DNA of 64,000 bases. Origin: Octopus vulgaris. Lineage: Eukaryota. Made by a program: the position numbers and the translations under genes. The notes below the pieces were generated by a model, which saw only the letters and a program-made list of their open reading frames with translations, was not told where the DNA came from and did no database searches. Shown piece by piece: positions 13,127-27,950 of the stretch (position 1 is the first letter of the stretch; the number at the start of each line of letters is the position of its first letter). The DNA lies in assembly GCA_951406725.2 (NCBI GenBank), contig OX597836.1, forward strand, positions 33,046,001 to 33,110,000. The letters are read 5' to 3'.

Positions 13127-13435
13127 GTGGAGACACATGGCCTAGTGGTTAGAGCAGCGGACTCGCAGTCGAGGGATCGCGGGTTCAAATCTCAGACCGG
13201 ACGATGTGTGTGTTTATGAGCGAAACACCTAAGCTCCACGCGGCTCCGGCAGAAGGTAATGGCGAAACTTCTGCTGATTCTTTCGCCACAACTTTCTCTC
13301 GCTCTTTCCTCCTGCATCTTGTAGCTCACCTGCGATGGGCTGGTGTCTCGTCCAGGTGGGGAACCTATACGTCAAGAAACTGGGAAACCAGCCCTTATGA
13401 GCCAGGCATGGCTCGAGAAGGAACAAAAACAAACT
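13127..13435 (+). mobile_element. SINE family E, tail type 2
   Basis: Inverse of 18787-19101. Confidence 0.85.
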
Positions 13436-13675
13436 TTACAGAGTATTTTTAAGTGGCACTTTATGGGCGCTTTTATGTGCCACCACACAGACTCTTTTAC
13501 ATGGCACCACCATGGATGCTTTAGCACCACCAACCAGACTGGTCTTAACGCTTCTGCTGCAGAGTACGAGTCTTCTTGAGTACAGCAAGGTACCAGGCAT
13601 CTTGGTCCTTTGTCATCTCGCCTGAAAGGCTCAGTGTCCTGAGCTCATTCTTCAGATATATATATATATATTTAT

Positions 13676-14065
13676 TCTTTTATTATTTTACTGGTTTCGG
13701 TCATTTGACTGCAGCCATGCTGGAGCACTGCCTTTAGTCAAATGAATCGACCCCAGGACTTATTCTTTGTAAGACTAGTATATATACTATTGGTCTCTTT
13801 TCCCAAACAGCCAAGTTACGGGGATGTAAACACACCAACATCGGTTGTCAATCGATGGTGGGGGACAAACACAGACACACAAACAGATACATATATATAT
13901 ATATATATATATACAATGGGCTTCTTTCAGTTTCCATCTAGTAAATCCACTTACAAAGTTTTAATTGGCTCAAGGCTATAGTAGAAGACACTTGGCCAAG
14001 GTGCCATGCAATGGGACTGAACCTGGAACCATGTGGTGGGAAGCAAGCTTCTTACCACACAGCCA
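13676..14065 (-). mobile_element. SINE family A
   Basis: Reverse-complement homologue of 581-1003, head-to-head with a + head at ~14072-14180. Confidence 0.85.
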
Positions 14066-14451
14066 TATATATAGGTGCAGCTGTGGCTGTGTGGTAAATA
14101 GTTAGCTTCCCAACCTCATGGTTCCAGGTTCAGTCATGCTGCATGGCACCATGGGAAATTTTCTTTTACTATAGCCACCAGGCTATGAGAATGAATTCCT
14201 TAGACAGATGGTTTGACCAGGGCTGGCAAGCTGAGGAGCTACACCAGACTCCAGTCTGATTTGGCATTGCTTCAGCAGCTCACTGCTCTTCCTAAGGCAA
14301 CCACTCTACAAGTGTAATGGCTGCATTTATGTGCCACAAGCACGGGTGCCATTTCTGTGACACCAGTATCTGCCACAACTATGGTTTCACTTGGCTTGAT
14401 GGCTCTTTTACTCAGGCACAGCATATTGCCAAAGTTTTCAGTCATATAGAT

Positions 14452-15013
14452 CTATGTATGTATGTGTATGTATGTATGTATGTGTGTATCTGTGTATGTG
14501 TGTATGTATGTATGTATGTATGTATGTATGTGTGTATGTGTGTATGTATGTATGTATGTATGTATGTGTGTATGTATGTATGTATGTATGTATGTATGTA
14601 TGTGTGTATGTGTGTATGTATGTATGTATGTATGTATGTGTGTATGTGTGTATGTATGTATGTATGTATGTATGTATGTGTGTATGTGTGTATGTATGTA
14701 TGTATGTATGTATGTATGTATGTATGTGTGTATGTGTGTATGTATGTATGTATGTATGTATGTATGTATGTGTGTGTGTATGTATGTATGTATGTATGTA
14801 TGTATGTATGTATGTGTGTATGTGTGTATGTATGTATGTATGTATGTATGTATGTGTGTGTATGTATGTTTGTATGTATGTGTGTATGTATGCATGTGTG
14901 TATGTATGTATATATGTATGTATGTGTGTGTATGTATGTATGTATGTATGTATGTATGTATGTGTGTGTATGTATATGTGTGTGTGTATGTATGTATGTA
15001 TGTATGTATGTAT
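14452..15013. repeat. (TATG)n/(TG)n array
   Basis: Direct reading. Confidence 0.95.
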
Positions 15014-15513
15014 GCATCTATGCGCTTTGGTTTTGTGTATGTCTTCCACAACGGGTTGACAACAACTGTTGGTTTGCTTCTCTCCCCATAACCTAGCAGT
15101 TTGGCAAAAGATACTGATAGAATAAGTAATACTGGGGCCGGTTAATAGAACTAAACTTTATCAAGGCAGTGCCCCATCATGGCCACAGCTCAAAGACTTA
15201 AACATGCAAACAGAAAAAGAACAGATACAAACACATACACACACATATATACACAGATGTCTATAGGTATGCGCGAGTATATATACTCATATACACACAC
15301 ATATACATAAATCAATGTACATGTATATAAATATGTGACTGAGCATGTGTGTGTACATACTTTTATATGTATCATCATTGTCTAGCGTCTGCTTTTCAGG
15401 CTGGCATGGGTTGGACGGTTTGACTGAGGACTGGCAAGCCAGGAGGCTGCACCAGGCACGAATCTGATCTGGCAAGGTTTCTACAGCTGGATGCCCTTCC
15501 TCATGCCAAATAA

Positions 15514-15565
<52 letters not shown>

Positions 15566-15836
15566 TTATGTATATGTATATATATGAGTGTATGTGTATA
15601 TATATGTGTGTGTATATATATGTATATATAAGAGTGTGTCTTATTCCTCCTCTCCACAGCTGGACAAATGGTGTTGGTCTATTTACATCCCTGTAACTTA
15701 GCAGTTCAACAAAATGGATTGACAATAAATACTAGATTTTTTAAAAAAATTATGATTACTGGGGTGAATTTTTTCTTCTGGCCGATATACACACACATAT
15801 GTGTGTATACAGGCATATATATATAAATATTATTTA

Positions 15837-15879
<43 letters not shown>

Positions 15880-16171
15880 TTGTCTCCTTACTGGCACTTG
15901 TGCCAGTGTGCAGGTGACATGTAAAAAAAGCAATTAAACAAACAGGATTCTCCGTGACCGTTGCCAGTACAACCTAACTGACCCTCGTGCCGGTGGCATG
16001 TAAAAGCACCCACTAGACTTTCAGAGTAGTTGGTGTTAGGAAGGGCATCCAGCTGTAGAAACTCTGCCAAATCAAGATTGGAGCCTGGTGCAGCCATCTG
16101 GTTTGCCAGTCCTCAGTCAAATCGTCCAACCCATGCTAACATTGAAAGCAGACATTAAATGACGATGATGA

Positions 16172-16211
<40 letters not shown>

Positions 16212-16584
16212 TCACATGTGTGTGTATACATATATACATGTATGTGTGTGTGTATATGTATGTACATTATATATATATATATATATATCAAATTGATGTT
16301 TGTGCATGTATGTCAGTGTGTGTGTGTGTTTGTATGTCTGTGTGTGTATGTTTGTGTGCATGTGTGTGTGTGTATGTGTGTGTGTGTGTGTGTGCATGTC
16401 TGTGTGTGTGTGTGTGTGTGCACACACAAGCACACCATAAAAGTACTCCTGTTTATTTAACTATAAATCTAAGTGTGTAGTGAAGCATGCTTCACTGAAT
16501 TCAAGACATTCAGGAAAGCAAAAGAAAAAAGAAAAGAAAAAGAAGAGGAAAGAAACAAAGGAACAATGGAAATAAAAGTAATAA

Positions 16585-16637
<53 letters not shown>

Positions 16638-16697
16638 AATAAGAAACAAAACAATTTTACAATAAAAAAGGAGGAAGGCCAACTGACTGGCAACCCT

Positions 16698-16732
<35 letters not shown>

Positions 16733-17032
16733 GCATGTATATACACACACACATACACACACATATATATATTTATATGTATTTATATATGTGTGTGAGT
16801 ATATATATATATATATATATATTTATGTGTGTGTGTGTGTGTGTGTATAAATTTATGTGCACCCACACACACACACACACACACGCATATATATACACGC
16901 TCTGACATCACTACATCAATTTTATTGCAACTGTTTGTTATTGTTGTTTTGTGAGCTTTGAAACTTGTTCAAGTGTCAGTATATTGGTATTTTGAAGGTT
17001 TCTTTCTTTTTTTCCTTATGGCTATTTGCTGT

Positions 17033-17063
<31 letters not shown>

Positions 17064-18199
17064 TTTTTCTTACATTCATTCATTTTTTTTGCTTCTATAT
17101 TTTTTTCTTTTCTTCCTTTATCGTTTTATTTTTACATCTTTCTACTGAGTTCACTCTGTCCTCCACTTCTCTGTCTCTCCCTTTCTCTCTCTCTCTCCTT
17201 CTCTGTTTGTATCTCTTTCTCTCTCTCTCTCTCCTTCTCTGTTTGTATCTCTTTCTCTCTCTCTCTCCTTCTCTGTTTGTATCTCTTTCTCTCTCTCTCT
17301 CCTTCCCTGTCTGTTTGTATCTCTCCCTCTCTCTCTCTCTTTCACACACACACACACACACACACAACAATGATAGCAAGTCGTAAAGGGCACCTCTTAG
17401 CTGTTTGAGCCTGCTAGTAACAGCAGTGAAATCTCTAAATCATAACCAAAAGGCACAGGCATGGCAAGGTGCTTAAAAAGTTCACTTTGTAACCACATGG
17501 TTTCAGGTTCAGTCCCACTGCAAGACTCCTTTGTTACGTGTAGCCCCAGGGCCAACCAGTGTCTTGTGAATCAATTTTTACCCCCCGTCCCATACAACTA
17601 TATCTGTTGTGTTTCTGTTTATACTAGGTTGCTCTTTTCATTGGAATATTTCACCAGTTTTTTTTTTATACTCTTAATAATGTGAATACAATTCTTCTTA
17701 TGTATAACAGGATGAATGTATGCACGTATGCATGTATGTATGTATGTATGTATGTATATAATCATTTAAATTCTTCTTCAGAAGAAGGAGCTGGCTCTAG
17801 CTAAGGTACAATGCTGCATCTTTGGAATGTATAATAAGATAAATAAATGTGTCCTTTTAAAGCCTAGCCAGGCTCATGGGCCCAGTTTCCCGGTTTCTAT
17901 GGTGTATGTGTTCCCCAGCTGGACGGGACGCCAGTTCATCGCAGTGTTACTCATTTTTGCCAGCTGAGTGGCCTGGAGCAACGTGAAATGGAGTGTCTTT
18001 GCTCAAGAACACAATGGACTGTTGATGTACTGGACTGTTACATCAAATTCTCTATAGCAAATGTAGTGCTGGCTAGAGATCATGAAGAGGCCCAACACAG
18101 CACATTGAAGACCAACTGAAAGGACAATAAAGAGGCCCAACATTGACCCTTAAATCCAGGGAGCTACACTGAAGACTAAACAGGAAAGGATGACATATA

Positions 18200-18596
18200 T
18201 TCTTTTACTTGTTTCAGTCATTTGACTGTGGCCATGCTGGAGCACCGCCTTTCGTCAAGCAAATCGACACAAGGAATCATTCTTTGCTAGCCTAATACTT
18301 ATTCTATCAGTCTCTTTATTGAACCGCTAAGTTACAGGGACATAAACATACCGGCATCGGTTGTCAAGCAATGTTGGGGGCACAAACACAAACACACAAA
18401 CATATATACACACATACATATATATAAATATATACGATGGGCTTCTTTCAGTTTCCATCTACCAAATCCACTCACAAGGCTTTGGTCGGCCTGAGACTAT
18501 AGAAGACAGTTGCCTATGTTGCCACACAGTGGGACTGAACCCAAAACCATGTGGTTGGTAAGCAAGCTATTTGCCACACAGCCACTCCAGCACCTA
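18200..18596 (-). mobile_element. SINE family A
   Basis: Reverse-complement homologue of 581-1003. Confidence 0.85.
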
Positions 18597-18786
18597 TTTT
18601 TTTAAGCAACACCCAGAGTGTATCAAGATTGATGAAGAACTGTTTGAAAAGCATTGTCAAAGAAATAAAGAAGATAAATGGCTACAACAAAAAAACCTGC
18701 CAAATCTAACCAAGGCCTTTACTGGCCATAAGATGTGGCTGATGTCAACAATTGTTTCATCCAAAAATTGGTTTTGCCAGCTATCA

Positions 18787-19101
18787 AAGTTGTTGTTGTT
18801 GTTTGTTCCTTCTCGAGCCATGCCTGGCTCATAAGGGCCGGTTTCCTGGTTTCTTGGCGTATAGGTTCTCCACCTGGATGGGACGCCTGTCCGTCGCAGG
18901 TGAGCTGCAAGATGCATGAGGAAAGAGTGAGAGAAAGTTGTGGCGAAAGAGTCAGCAGAAGTTCGCCATTACCTTCTGCCGGAGCCTTGCGGAGCTTAGG
19001 TGTTTTCGCTCATAAACACACACATCACTCAGTCTGAGATTCGAACCCGCAATCCCTCGACCGCGAGTCCGCTGCTCTAACCACTAGGCCATGTGCCTCC
19101 A
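18787..19101 (-). mobile_element. SINE family E, tail type 2
   Basis: TSD cagctatca at 18778-18786 and 19102-19110; (aac)n tail. Confidence 0.9.
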
Positions 19102-19454
19102 CAGCTATCAGAGGCCCCAGCATAAATGAGAAAGCGCAAATGAAGAAAGAAAGAAATACTCTACTCGAAAATGCAGGGGAGCTGACACTATAAGAAGGAG
19201 ACTTAAACAGAGTATAAAAATTTATTACAAGTCCAGCCACATGACAACTTGTAACAAATTATGAAATGTTATAGCCACAAACAACCATAAGATGTTTGCT
19301 TCTTCAATTTAATCTAGAAATTTGTTTTAAATAGAAAGTGTGAAATCAAATACTAAAATTGAATTTTATATTTTTTTTTGTTATTAATTATTTTAGATAT
19401 TAGGAAAGTTGTCAGACGTGTCCTATGAGAATATCTGTGTCTATGTTTTATATC

Positions 19455-19503
<49 letters not shown>

Positions 19504-19595
19504 GCATATATATATACACACATATATATTATATATTATGTATATATATACATACACACAAACATATATTATTATATATACACACACATATATAT

Positions 19596-19678
<83 letters not shown>

Positions 19679-19826
19679 ACATATATATCTATACATATAT
19701 ATACATACATATAAATTATATTGAGAGAGAGAGAGATGTACATATATACATATATATCTATACATACACACACACACATATATGTACATATATATGCACA
19801 TACACACATACATATGTATATATATT

Positions 19827-19867
<41 letters not shown>

Positions 19868-20779
19868 ATATATATATGTATTAATGCTTTTTCTTGTACT
19901 ACAATAAAAGTTATTTTACATTAGACTGAAGGATTATTCAATACATTTTTGTAGAATAGAAATTCATAATTCTTTTACAAGAACAGCATTGACGGTGGCT
20001 CTTGAAGTTATATATTGACCATCAAAGTCTATGCAAACCAAAACTTCAGAGTCGCCGTCAAATTTACATAAGATGTGGGTTCATATCCCAAAGTTGGATT
20101 TTGACGTGTTCATCCAAATTTTTTTTCCACCCAAAATTTACTTGCTATTATTTATAGCTTTTACTCTTTCCAGATCCACTGTTCCCCCCGCAAAATTATT
20201 TAATGTTCTATCGAAGAACATATATATTAATATATCTTGTCTGTTGAAAATCCATATTTTTTACAACTGAAGATGGCACTGTATTTAAATCGATGTAATG
20301 TTTGCATTATTCGATTAAATGGAGCTGCCTGAAATAGTTTTATTGCATGAATACCATTAATACTTATTTTGATTATATATATATATATACATATATATAT
20401 TATGTATGTATGTGTGTATGTATATAGTCTATTTATAGCTGAGACTCAACATCAGCGATTCAGGGGTTTACAGTTACATATCAAAGCACTTATGAAAATC
20501 TGATGAGTACCTTGGCACAAAACACTTGGCCCAGTGATCTGACTTCTCAACTATAAATAAAGCTGTATTATTTCTCTATTTCATGTATTGAATTCTGTTT
20601 CTCCCAATTTCTCCTACTCTCATTCTCTCTCTCTCTCACACACACAAACACACACGTGTGTGTGCGTGTATAGATAGATGGATATATACATACATATATG
20701 CTTGTATACATACATACATTCATACATACATACATACACACACACATGCATACATACATACATACCTACATACATACAC

Positions 20780-20812
<33 letters not shown>

Positions 20813-21580
20813 CATACATACATACATACATACATGCATGCATACATATATATGATGGCTGTAAACTCATGTTCTAGTATTGTCAATGCTTGGTCAAAAG
20901 TCCCACACTTGTGAAGGCTATGACCAGCCATTTTTGTAATAGATCTTACTTTGTTTTTCAAGCGTTTCCTGTGTATAATGATTTTTTATAGTGGGGAAAG
21001 GATTTTCACAAATCCAGTCCCACTCTCCAAACATGGACAACATAAACTCAAAACAAGAAACTAGTCTACATCATCGAATATCGTCAGTATTGTAGGTTTT
21101 CTCTCAGCTTCCTTCTCCTAAAGAGATACTATGACAACAAAAGAAGGGCCTCCCACTCCCAATGGGCCAATTGCATGCCTGGACACCAACCCAGGTATTT
21201 CCCCAGCCCCGCACATACATACATGCATACATACACTTGTACACATATTGTTGGATGGCCATTGACTTCTCATTAGCACTCTTCAGCCTTTTGACAGGTT
21301 TTCTTTTTTGTCCTGCAGGGTCTCCAACAATCGCCCTCACCAAGCAAGCTTGATGGGGTTGCCAGTTTAGTCGCCAATGACTCAACCATTCGTTTTAATA
21401 CAATGATTGTACTGGGTTACATGTTACCAGGAACGCCAGAGAGCAACTTAACATATATACATCCATACATACATACATATATACATACATATATATATAC
21501 ATCCATACATACATACATATATACATACATATATATATACATCCATACATACACACATACATATGATGCATGTATGAGGG

Positions 21581-21892
21581 GCAAAGGTATGTACCATAAT
21601 AGAGGTCAGCTGCCCTGCAGGTATAAATATGTCTTGGAAAATCAAAGAAAAAGAAAATATTTATGGACAACTGCTTTGAAACCTCCAGCTTCTATTTCCA
21701 GACTATGAATTCATATTCATACTAATAATAATTGGAGCACTGGGGTTTGTTATTTAATGCTTAAAGGAGAATCTAGATAAACTGGGATTTTCAGAAAGAG
21801 AAATCGACCAGCTGATTCGTACATTACAAGTACAACCTGTGAGTGGAACTGTAAAAATATGCAAGACTTTTCTTAAGTTCCAAATGTGTTAA
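21581..21892 (+). pseudogene. Restriction-like endonuclease C-terminus of an R4/NeSL-type non-LTR retrotransposon
   Basis: One frame with two stops: KVCTIIEVSCPAGINMSWKIKEKENIYGQLL*NLQLLFPDYEFIFILIIIGALGFV..GTVKICKTFLKF, matching the RLE pattern IIE.SCP..K.EK..Y..L..IIGALG. Confidence 0.7.
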
Positions 21893-23625
21893 CTACATCC
21901 CAAAGATGGAGCCTTGTATCTTTTGGGGAAACAAGCTCCATCTTCAGTGGAAGATTTATAATAATTAAAAATAGAAGAGATATACATCCATCCATCCATA
22001 CATACATAGTACAACTCATACCCGTATGAAAAACAGACATTAAATGATGATGATGATGGCGTCATATATGTGTGTGCACACACACGCACACATATATATA
22101 TATACATACACACTCACACACACACATATGTACATATATAAGCATATTTATCTATCATCTTTCGCTTACATACATATAAAGAGAGATAGATAGATAAACA
22201 CATATATACATACAAATGAAGGAATTTACATATATATATATGTATATATATACACACACACCTATATACATATATAAATGCATGTGTGTATGTGCATGTG
22301 TAAGAGAAAAACAAAATTCTATAGTTTAAGAATAAATTAGTTTGGGAAGATTTATCAAAAGGTTTACGAAAACAGTTCCAGAACACCACCATCACCACCA
22401 CCACTACCATCACCATTACTACCACAACCTCTACCACCATCATCACCACCACCACTACCACCCCACCACTATCACCACCACCATCACCACCACCACGCCT
22501 CTTGAGAATTGCATGAAAGGTTTACCTTTTTCCTTCTTTATCCCCACCTTTTCTGTATTTTTTTTGTTTTTTTCTTTGTTGATTTTTTCAGCAGTACTAT
22601 ATATATACATATACATGATTCATACATGCGACAGCACCTTTCTCAAGAAATTAGTTTCTAAGAACAGCAAAGCAACAAGAAACACACACACACACATATA
22701 CACACACATATGCACACACCTGAAATCATTGTATTAAAACAAAACAAAAAAAAAATAGTCTATCATCCTGTGGTAGCGGCACCTAAAAAAAAATAGCTTT
22801 CACCCTATTTTTAAATGCTCCAACAATTATTTTTTTCCTTTTTTCTTTTTGCTTTCTGCTGAACTTTTTATTATTATATGCATCAGTGCAAGTTAATATT
22901 AAAAGGTAAAAAGAAAATATCTAAAAAAAAACTATAAAAAAAACTACCAAAAAAAACTACAAAGAAAAGAAAGGAGGCACATGGAAGGTTTCCATCATTT
23001 ATTGTTCTTGAAACAGCTGCAATATAATCTTCTGGAATATTTCAAAGTCTTCATCTTCTTGGAGAGAAGAACGGTTAGTTTGTTCCAGAAGAAGGATGTA
23101 CTGATCATGATACTACCTGTTTCTTACTTCCCATCAGAATCGAATGTCTCACTTGTTTGTCTGAAACCCTATCCTCGGTTTTCTCTGTTCCTGGTTTTAT
23201 TCAATGCTTTCCATTTCTCCGGATTTCCTCAAATTTTCCTAATTATCTCTTCTGAAATAATTTTTCAATGCAAAGACTGCATTGTTATCAATTTTCAAAT
23301 ATCAAATATGTGTCTTTCACTTTGCTTCGTTCATTTTTCTTATTCTTTGTTTTAGGGTTTGTTTGGTTTGGCAGTGGTGGGGGAGTTTTTCTTAAAATTA
23401 TTTTTGTCAATCATTTCGATTGATATTTATATTATATTATTTTTTTATTTGAATTTTTTTGACATTTTTAATTACAAAATTTACTGCTTGACACAAATTC
23501 AGTAACACATCCTTGGAAAATTTTTGGCAATTATTAATAAGACACCAAAATAAAAAAAAAAATCATAAAAGATGCAAATTTTTCAAGGTGAAGATATTGG
23601 GGTTAGAGTAAGTGGTTGTTTTAGT

Positions 23626-24171
23626 TTAACCCTTTCGATACCAACCCGGCTGAAACTAGCTCTATAGTACAAATGTCTTGCTTTCAAAAGCTCTGAATTA
23701 AAATTTTCCACCAAACATTAGTCGCAATTTATGCTCCTAACACTAGCTTAATGATAACCAAGTTATTTTACTAAATTCTTCATTATATTTATAATTAGTG
23801 GAGGCGCAATAACCCAGTGGTTAAGGCAGCGGACTCACAGTTGTAGGATCGCGGTTTCAATTCTCAGACCGGGCGTTGTGAGTGTTTATTGAGTGAAAAC
23901 ACTTAAAGCTCCACAAGGCTCCAGCAGGGGGTGGTGGCGATCCCTGCTGTACTCTTTCGCCACAACTTTCTCTCACTCTTTCTTCTGTTGGCCTGCTCAC
24001 TTAGCCAACGGGATGGCGTCATTTGAAGGCTAAAACAATGTGAAGCGCATTGTAACAAGCGATGTGTAGCAACATCTGATAGCCTGGTCGGTCACGGTGA
24101 TCACCATGATTTATAATTAATTGAAAGAAACACAGAGCATCTCAGCAGAAATATGGTAACAAAAGGGTTAA
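23626..24171. mobile_element. TTAA-flanked piggyBac-like MITE (family F)
   Basis: ttaa-ccctttcgatacc .. ggtaacaaaaggg-ttaa; further copies at 53192-53418 and 53564-53790. Confidence 0.8.
23798..24108 (+). mobile_element. SINE family E, tail type 3, nested in a TTAA MITE
   Basis: TSD atttataatta at 23787-23797 and 24109-24119. Confidence 0.9.
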
Positions 24172-24798
24172 AGATGAAGTAATATCAATGTTGTGTAGGT
24201 TTAAGAGGACATCAGTTCATAATGAAATTTTTTTAGTCACTTGACTGCTAAAAATCCCAAATCTTATTTAATTTGCTTTGCGGGAAGGACTGTTTTAACA
24301 AAGTCGCATCTTGTCCTTACCTTCAAAATGCAGAATAGATAAAACAGGGGACAACTGATGAAAGGAATGTTCTTTATGTTGCATTCTCATTTCTCATTGT
24401 GTCTATGCTTTTTTGATTTCCTGTACCCATATATGCATGTATATATACATATATATGTAGGTATGTACACATATGTATGTATATATGCATATATTTATAT
24501 GTTATTTATATATATATATATGTATGTATGTATTTGCTATAACCTTTCATCTGACACAAGATCACCTCCTCCAATGCCCCCCCTCCCTTCTCACTAAATC
24601 TTTGTCTTGCAAGTTACTTGGTGACCCTGCCAGTGCCGATGCCACTTAAAAAGCACTCCATCCACTCTGCTGGGTGGTTGGTGTTAGGAAGAGCATCCGA
24701 CAATAAAAAAATCCCTGCCAAAGCAGACACAGAAATCTGGTGCAGGTCCCTGTCAAACCGTCCAACCCATGACAGCATAGAAGACAGATGTTAAACAG

Positions 24799-24842
<44 letters not shown>

Positions 24843-24907
24843 TAGATAGATAGAAAGGCAGATAAATATACAGACAGACAGACAGATAGACATATGCATG
24901 ATGCTTT

Positions 24908-25138
24908 GGCGGTGAGCTGGCAGAATCGTTAGTACACCGGGCGAAATGCGTAGCCGTATTTTGTCTGCCGTTACGTTCTGAGTTCAAATTCCGCCAAGGT
25001 CGACTTTGCCTTTCATCCTTTCGGGGTCGATAAATTAAGTACCAGTTACGCACTGAGGTCAATGTAATCGACTTAATCCGTCTGTCTGTCCTTGTTTGTC
25101 CCCTCTGTGTTTAGCCCCTTGTGGGTAGTAAAGAAATA
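24908..25138 (+). mobile_element. SINE family B, full length
   Basis: Homologous to 5216-5447. Confidence 0.9.
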
Positions 25139-25634
25139 ATATGTATGATGCTTTTACAGTGTAGACTAGATGCTTTTACAATTTAGACTGGATGCTTTTC
25201 ACATGGCACCAGCACTGTATATATATATAAATATATATATATGGAAAGGCATTTGGAAGGGCATCTAGCAGTAAAAACCATGCCAAAACTAACCTCGCCT
25301 GTGCTTGTGCCGCATGGAAAGCACTCGGTCCATTCTGCTGGGCTAGTGTTCATCAGAGTCATCTGAATAATAAAGGATTAGATGTTTCTGTTGGCACACT
25401 TATTGTAAATGAGCAAGGAAAATTTAATTGATTAGAATTAATCCCATTTAAAAATTACTCCGCATTACTGGAGGCATTAATTCATAATTCTGAACAAGAA
25501 GGACAAGGGAGATAATCCTGAAATGTTTACTAAGTGCTTGCTGTTAAACCAGTTCATTGCCCTAGCAACAAAACACCACTACAACTAATGATAATAATAA
25601 TAATGATGATGACGATGATGATGGTGATGGTAAC

Positions 25635-25669
<35 letters not shown>

Positions 25670-25856
25670 TAATAATAATAATAATAATAATGATAATAAT
25701 AATGATAAATATATGGTTTTTAGCCTGTTTTTATTATGCATTTTGTCATCTGTCAAATTGAATGAAGCAAATACTAAAAAGATGAGAACAGTGTGAAAAT
25801 AACAACCACAACAGTAACAATAGCAACAACAATATTCACAAACTCTGAATTCAAAA

Positions 25857-25901
<45 letters not shown>

Positions 25902-27014
25902 TTAAAAAATAAGATAACTTGTTATTATTTTTATTTTTATTATCATTATTATTTTTATTTTTATTATTATTATCATTATTATTATTTTTATTTTTATTGT
26001 CATTATTATTTTTATAATATTGTACATCTGTTCAGAGGAAGAAAAAAAAACAGGCTTTGGTGCTAAAAAATATCATTCAATTAATGGAAAATGTGTAATT
26101 TGTGTTTTTGTGTTTGTTATTCCATAACTTCCACTTGAAAAAAGAGAGATAAGCAGAAAAAAAAAAAAAAGATAAGAAGAAAGAACACTACCCCCCACCC
26201 ACCCCACCCCACCCAGGCGGCGACGGCGGCGGCAGTGGTGGTGGAATTGGTGGTGTGGTAGTGTTTTGGTAATGGCGATGGTGGTGGTGGCGGTGGTGGT
26301 GGTGGTGGTGGTGGTGGTGGTAGCAGCTATTGTGGTGGTTGTCATATATGTAACGATGGTGGTGATGTAGTGGTGGTTGATGATGTGGTGGTGTTGGTTG
26401 TAGTGATGGTGGTAGTGGTGATGGCAGTGGCGGTGGCAGTGGTGGTGGTGATGGCAGTGGCGGTGGCAGTGGTGGTGGTGGTGGTGGTGGTAGTGATGGC
26501 GGTGGCAGTGGTGATGGTGGTGGCGGTGGTGGTGGTGGTGGTGGTGATGGTGGGGTTATCAGGGTGAAAAGGCTTACACATGTTTTTTTTAAATTTTTTT
26601 TTGCTCACATTTATATTTGTTTATTTAACAATGCCTGGCTAGCTGTCTGTCTGGCTGGCTGGCTGGCTGGTTGCCTGGTGAGCTGGCTAGTTAGTTCAGG
26701 TGAATTAGTATGTTTATTTCGCTACAGTTGTCATCGTCATCATCATCTTCGTTGAGGCTGGTGTTGCTTTCATCATCATCATCATCATTACAATCAAGGT
26801 CATCGTAGTGGTCATCATCATCATCATCGTGGTCCTCATCCTTGTCCTTGCACTGTTTTATCCTCTGTAATAAGAACTAGAGATGATGGCCACCACACAT
26901 AGTATAGCTGATCCTGGTGGAGCTGACTGCTATTTCTAGCGTAGGAGGTCAACTGTTGTGCACAGAAGAAGACAATGAAATCTAATGAGATTTTTGACAA
27001 CAAACTTTTACAGT

Positions 27015-27137
27015 TGACTGTGTGATAAGAAGCTTGCTTTCAAACCACATGGTTCCAGATTCAATCCCACTACTATTGCTTTGGGCCAATCAAAGCCCTA
27101 TGAGTGGATTTGGTAGACAGAAACTGAAAGAAGCCCT

Positions 27138-27174
<37 letters not shown>

Positions 27175-27360
27175 TTTGTGTTATGTTTGCCCCTCCCCCC
27201 CCCATCACTGCTTGACAACCAGTATTGGTGTATTTATGTCCCCATAACCTAGCAGTTCAGCAAAAGAGACCCATAAAATAAGTACTAGGCTTAAAAGTAA
27301 ACCCTGGGGTCAATTTATTCGACCAAAAACCCTCCAAGGCGTTGCTCCAGAATGACCGAA
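27015..27360 (+). mobile_element. SINE family A, degenerate
   Basis: Homologous head, internal (TG)n and tail. Confidence 0.75.
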
Positions 27361-27411
27361 TAAACACACACATTATATAGTCATTCTTCACTCATTTATT
27401 ACTGTTCTTAT

Positions 27412-27775
27412 GTGGAGGTGCAATGGCCCAGGGATTAGGGCAGTGAACACGTGGGATCAGGGTTTTGATTCCCAGACTGGGCGTTGCGAGTGTTTATTGA
27501 ATGAAAACACCTAAAGCTCCACAAGGCTCCAGCAGGGGGGTGGGGGATGAACCCTACTGTACTCTTTCACCACAACTTTCTCGCTTTCTTCCTGTTTCTG
27601 TTGTACCTGTATTTCAAAAGGACCAGCCTCGTCATGCTGAATCTCCCCAAGAACTACATTAAGGGTTCACGTGTCTGTGGAGTTCTCAGCCACTTATACG
27701 TTAATTTCATGAGCAGCCTCTTCTGTTGATCAGATGAACTGGAATCTTTGTCATCATAGCCAACAGAGTGCCATG
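27412..27775 (+). mobile_element. SINE family E, tail type 4
   Basis: E head and core followed by the tail shared with 54015-54325. Confidence 0.8.
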
Positions 27776-27950
27776 ACTGTTCTTATTCTAACTCATATCC
27801 ATTGTCCGGAAATCTTTCATCACACATCTGTGACCTCTTCAGTGACACCTTCCATCCTCATGTATGTTCCTGCTCCACTTAGTCTATTAATACTTTCGTT
27901 ACTATAAATGACAAATGTTGAGAGAGTTTGGATGTTATTGTTCTTTGTGT

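Noticed and set aside
18597-19330. Coding-like sequence flanking the 18787 SINE
   Set aside because: Multiple stops and no motif I can name; probably an old transposon remnant, not supportable.
24350-24385. CTGATGA plus hairpin as a hammerhead (also 53960-53985, 10498-10530, 25490-25530)
   Set aside because: No correctly placed GAAA/UH, or no intact core and stem I.
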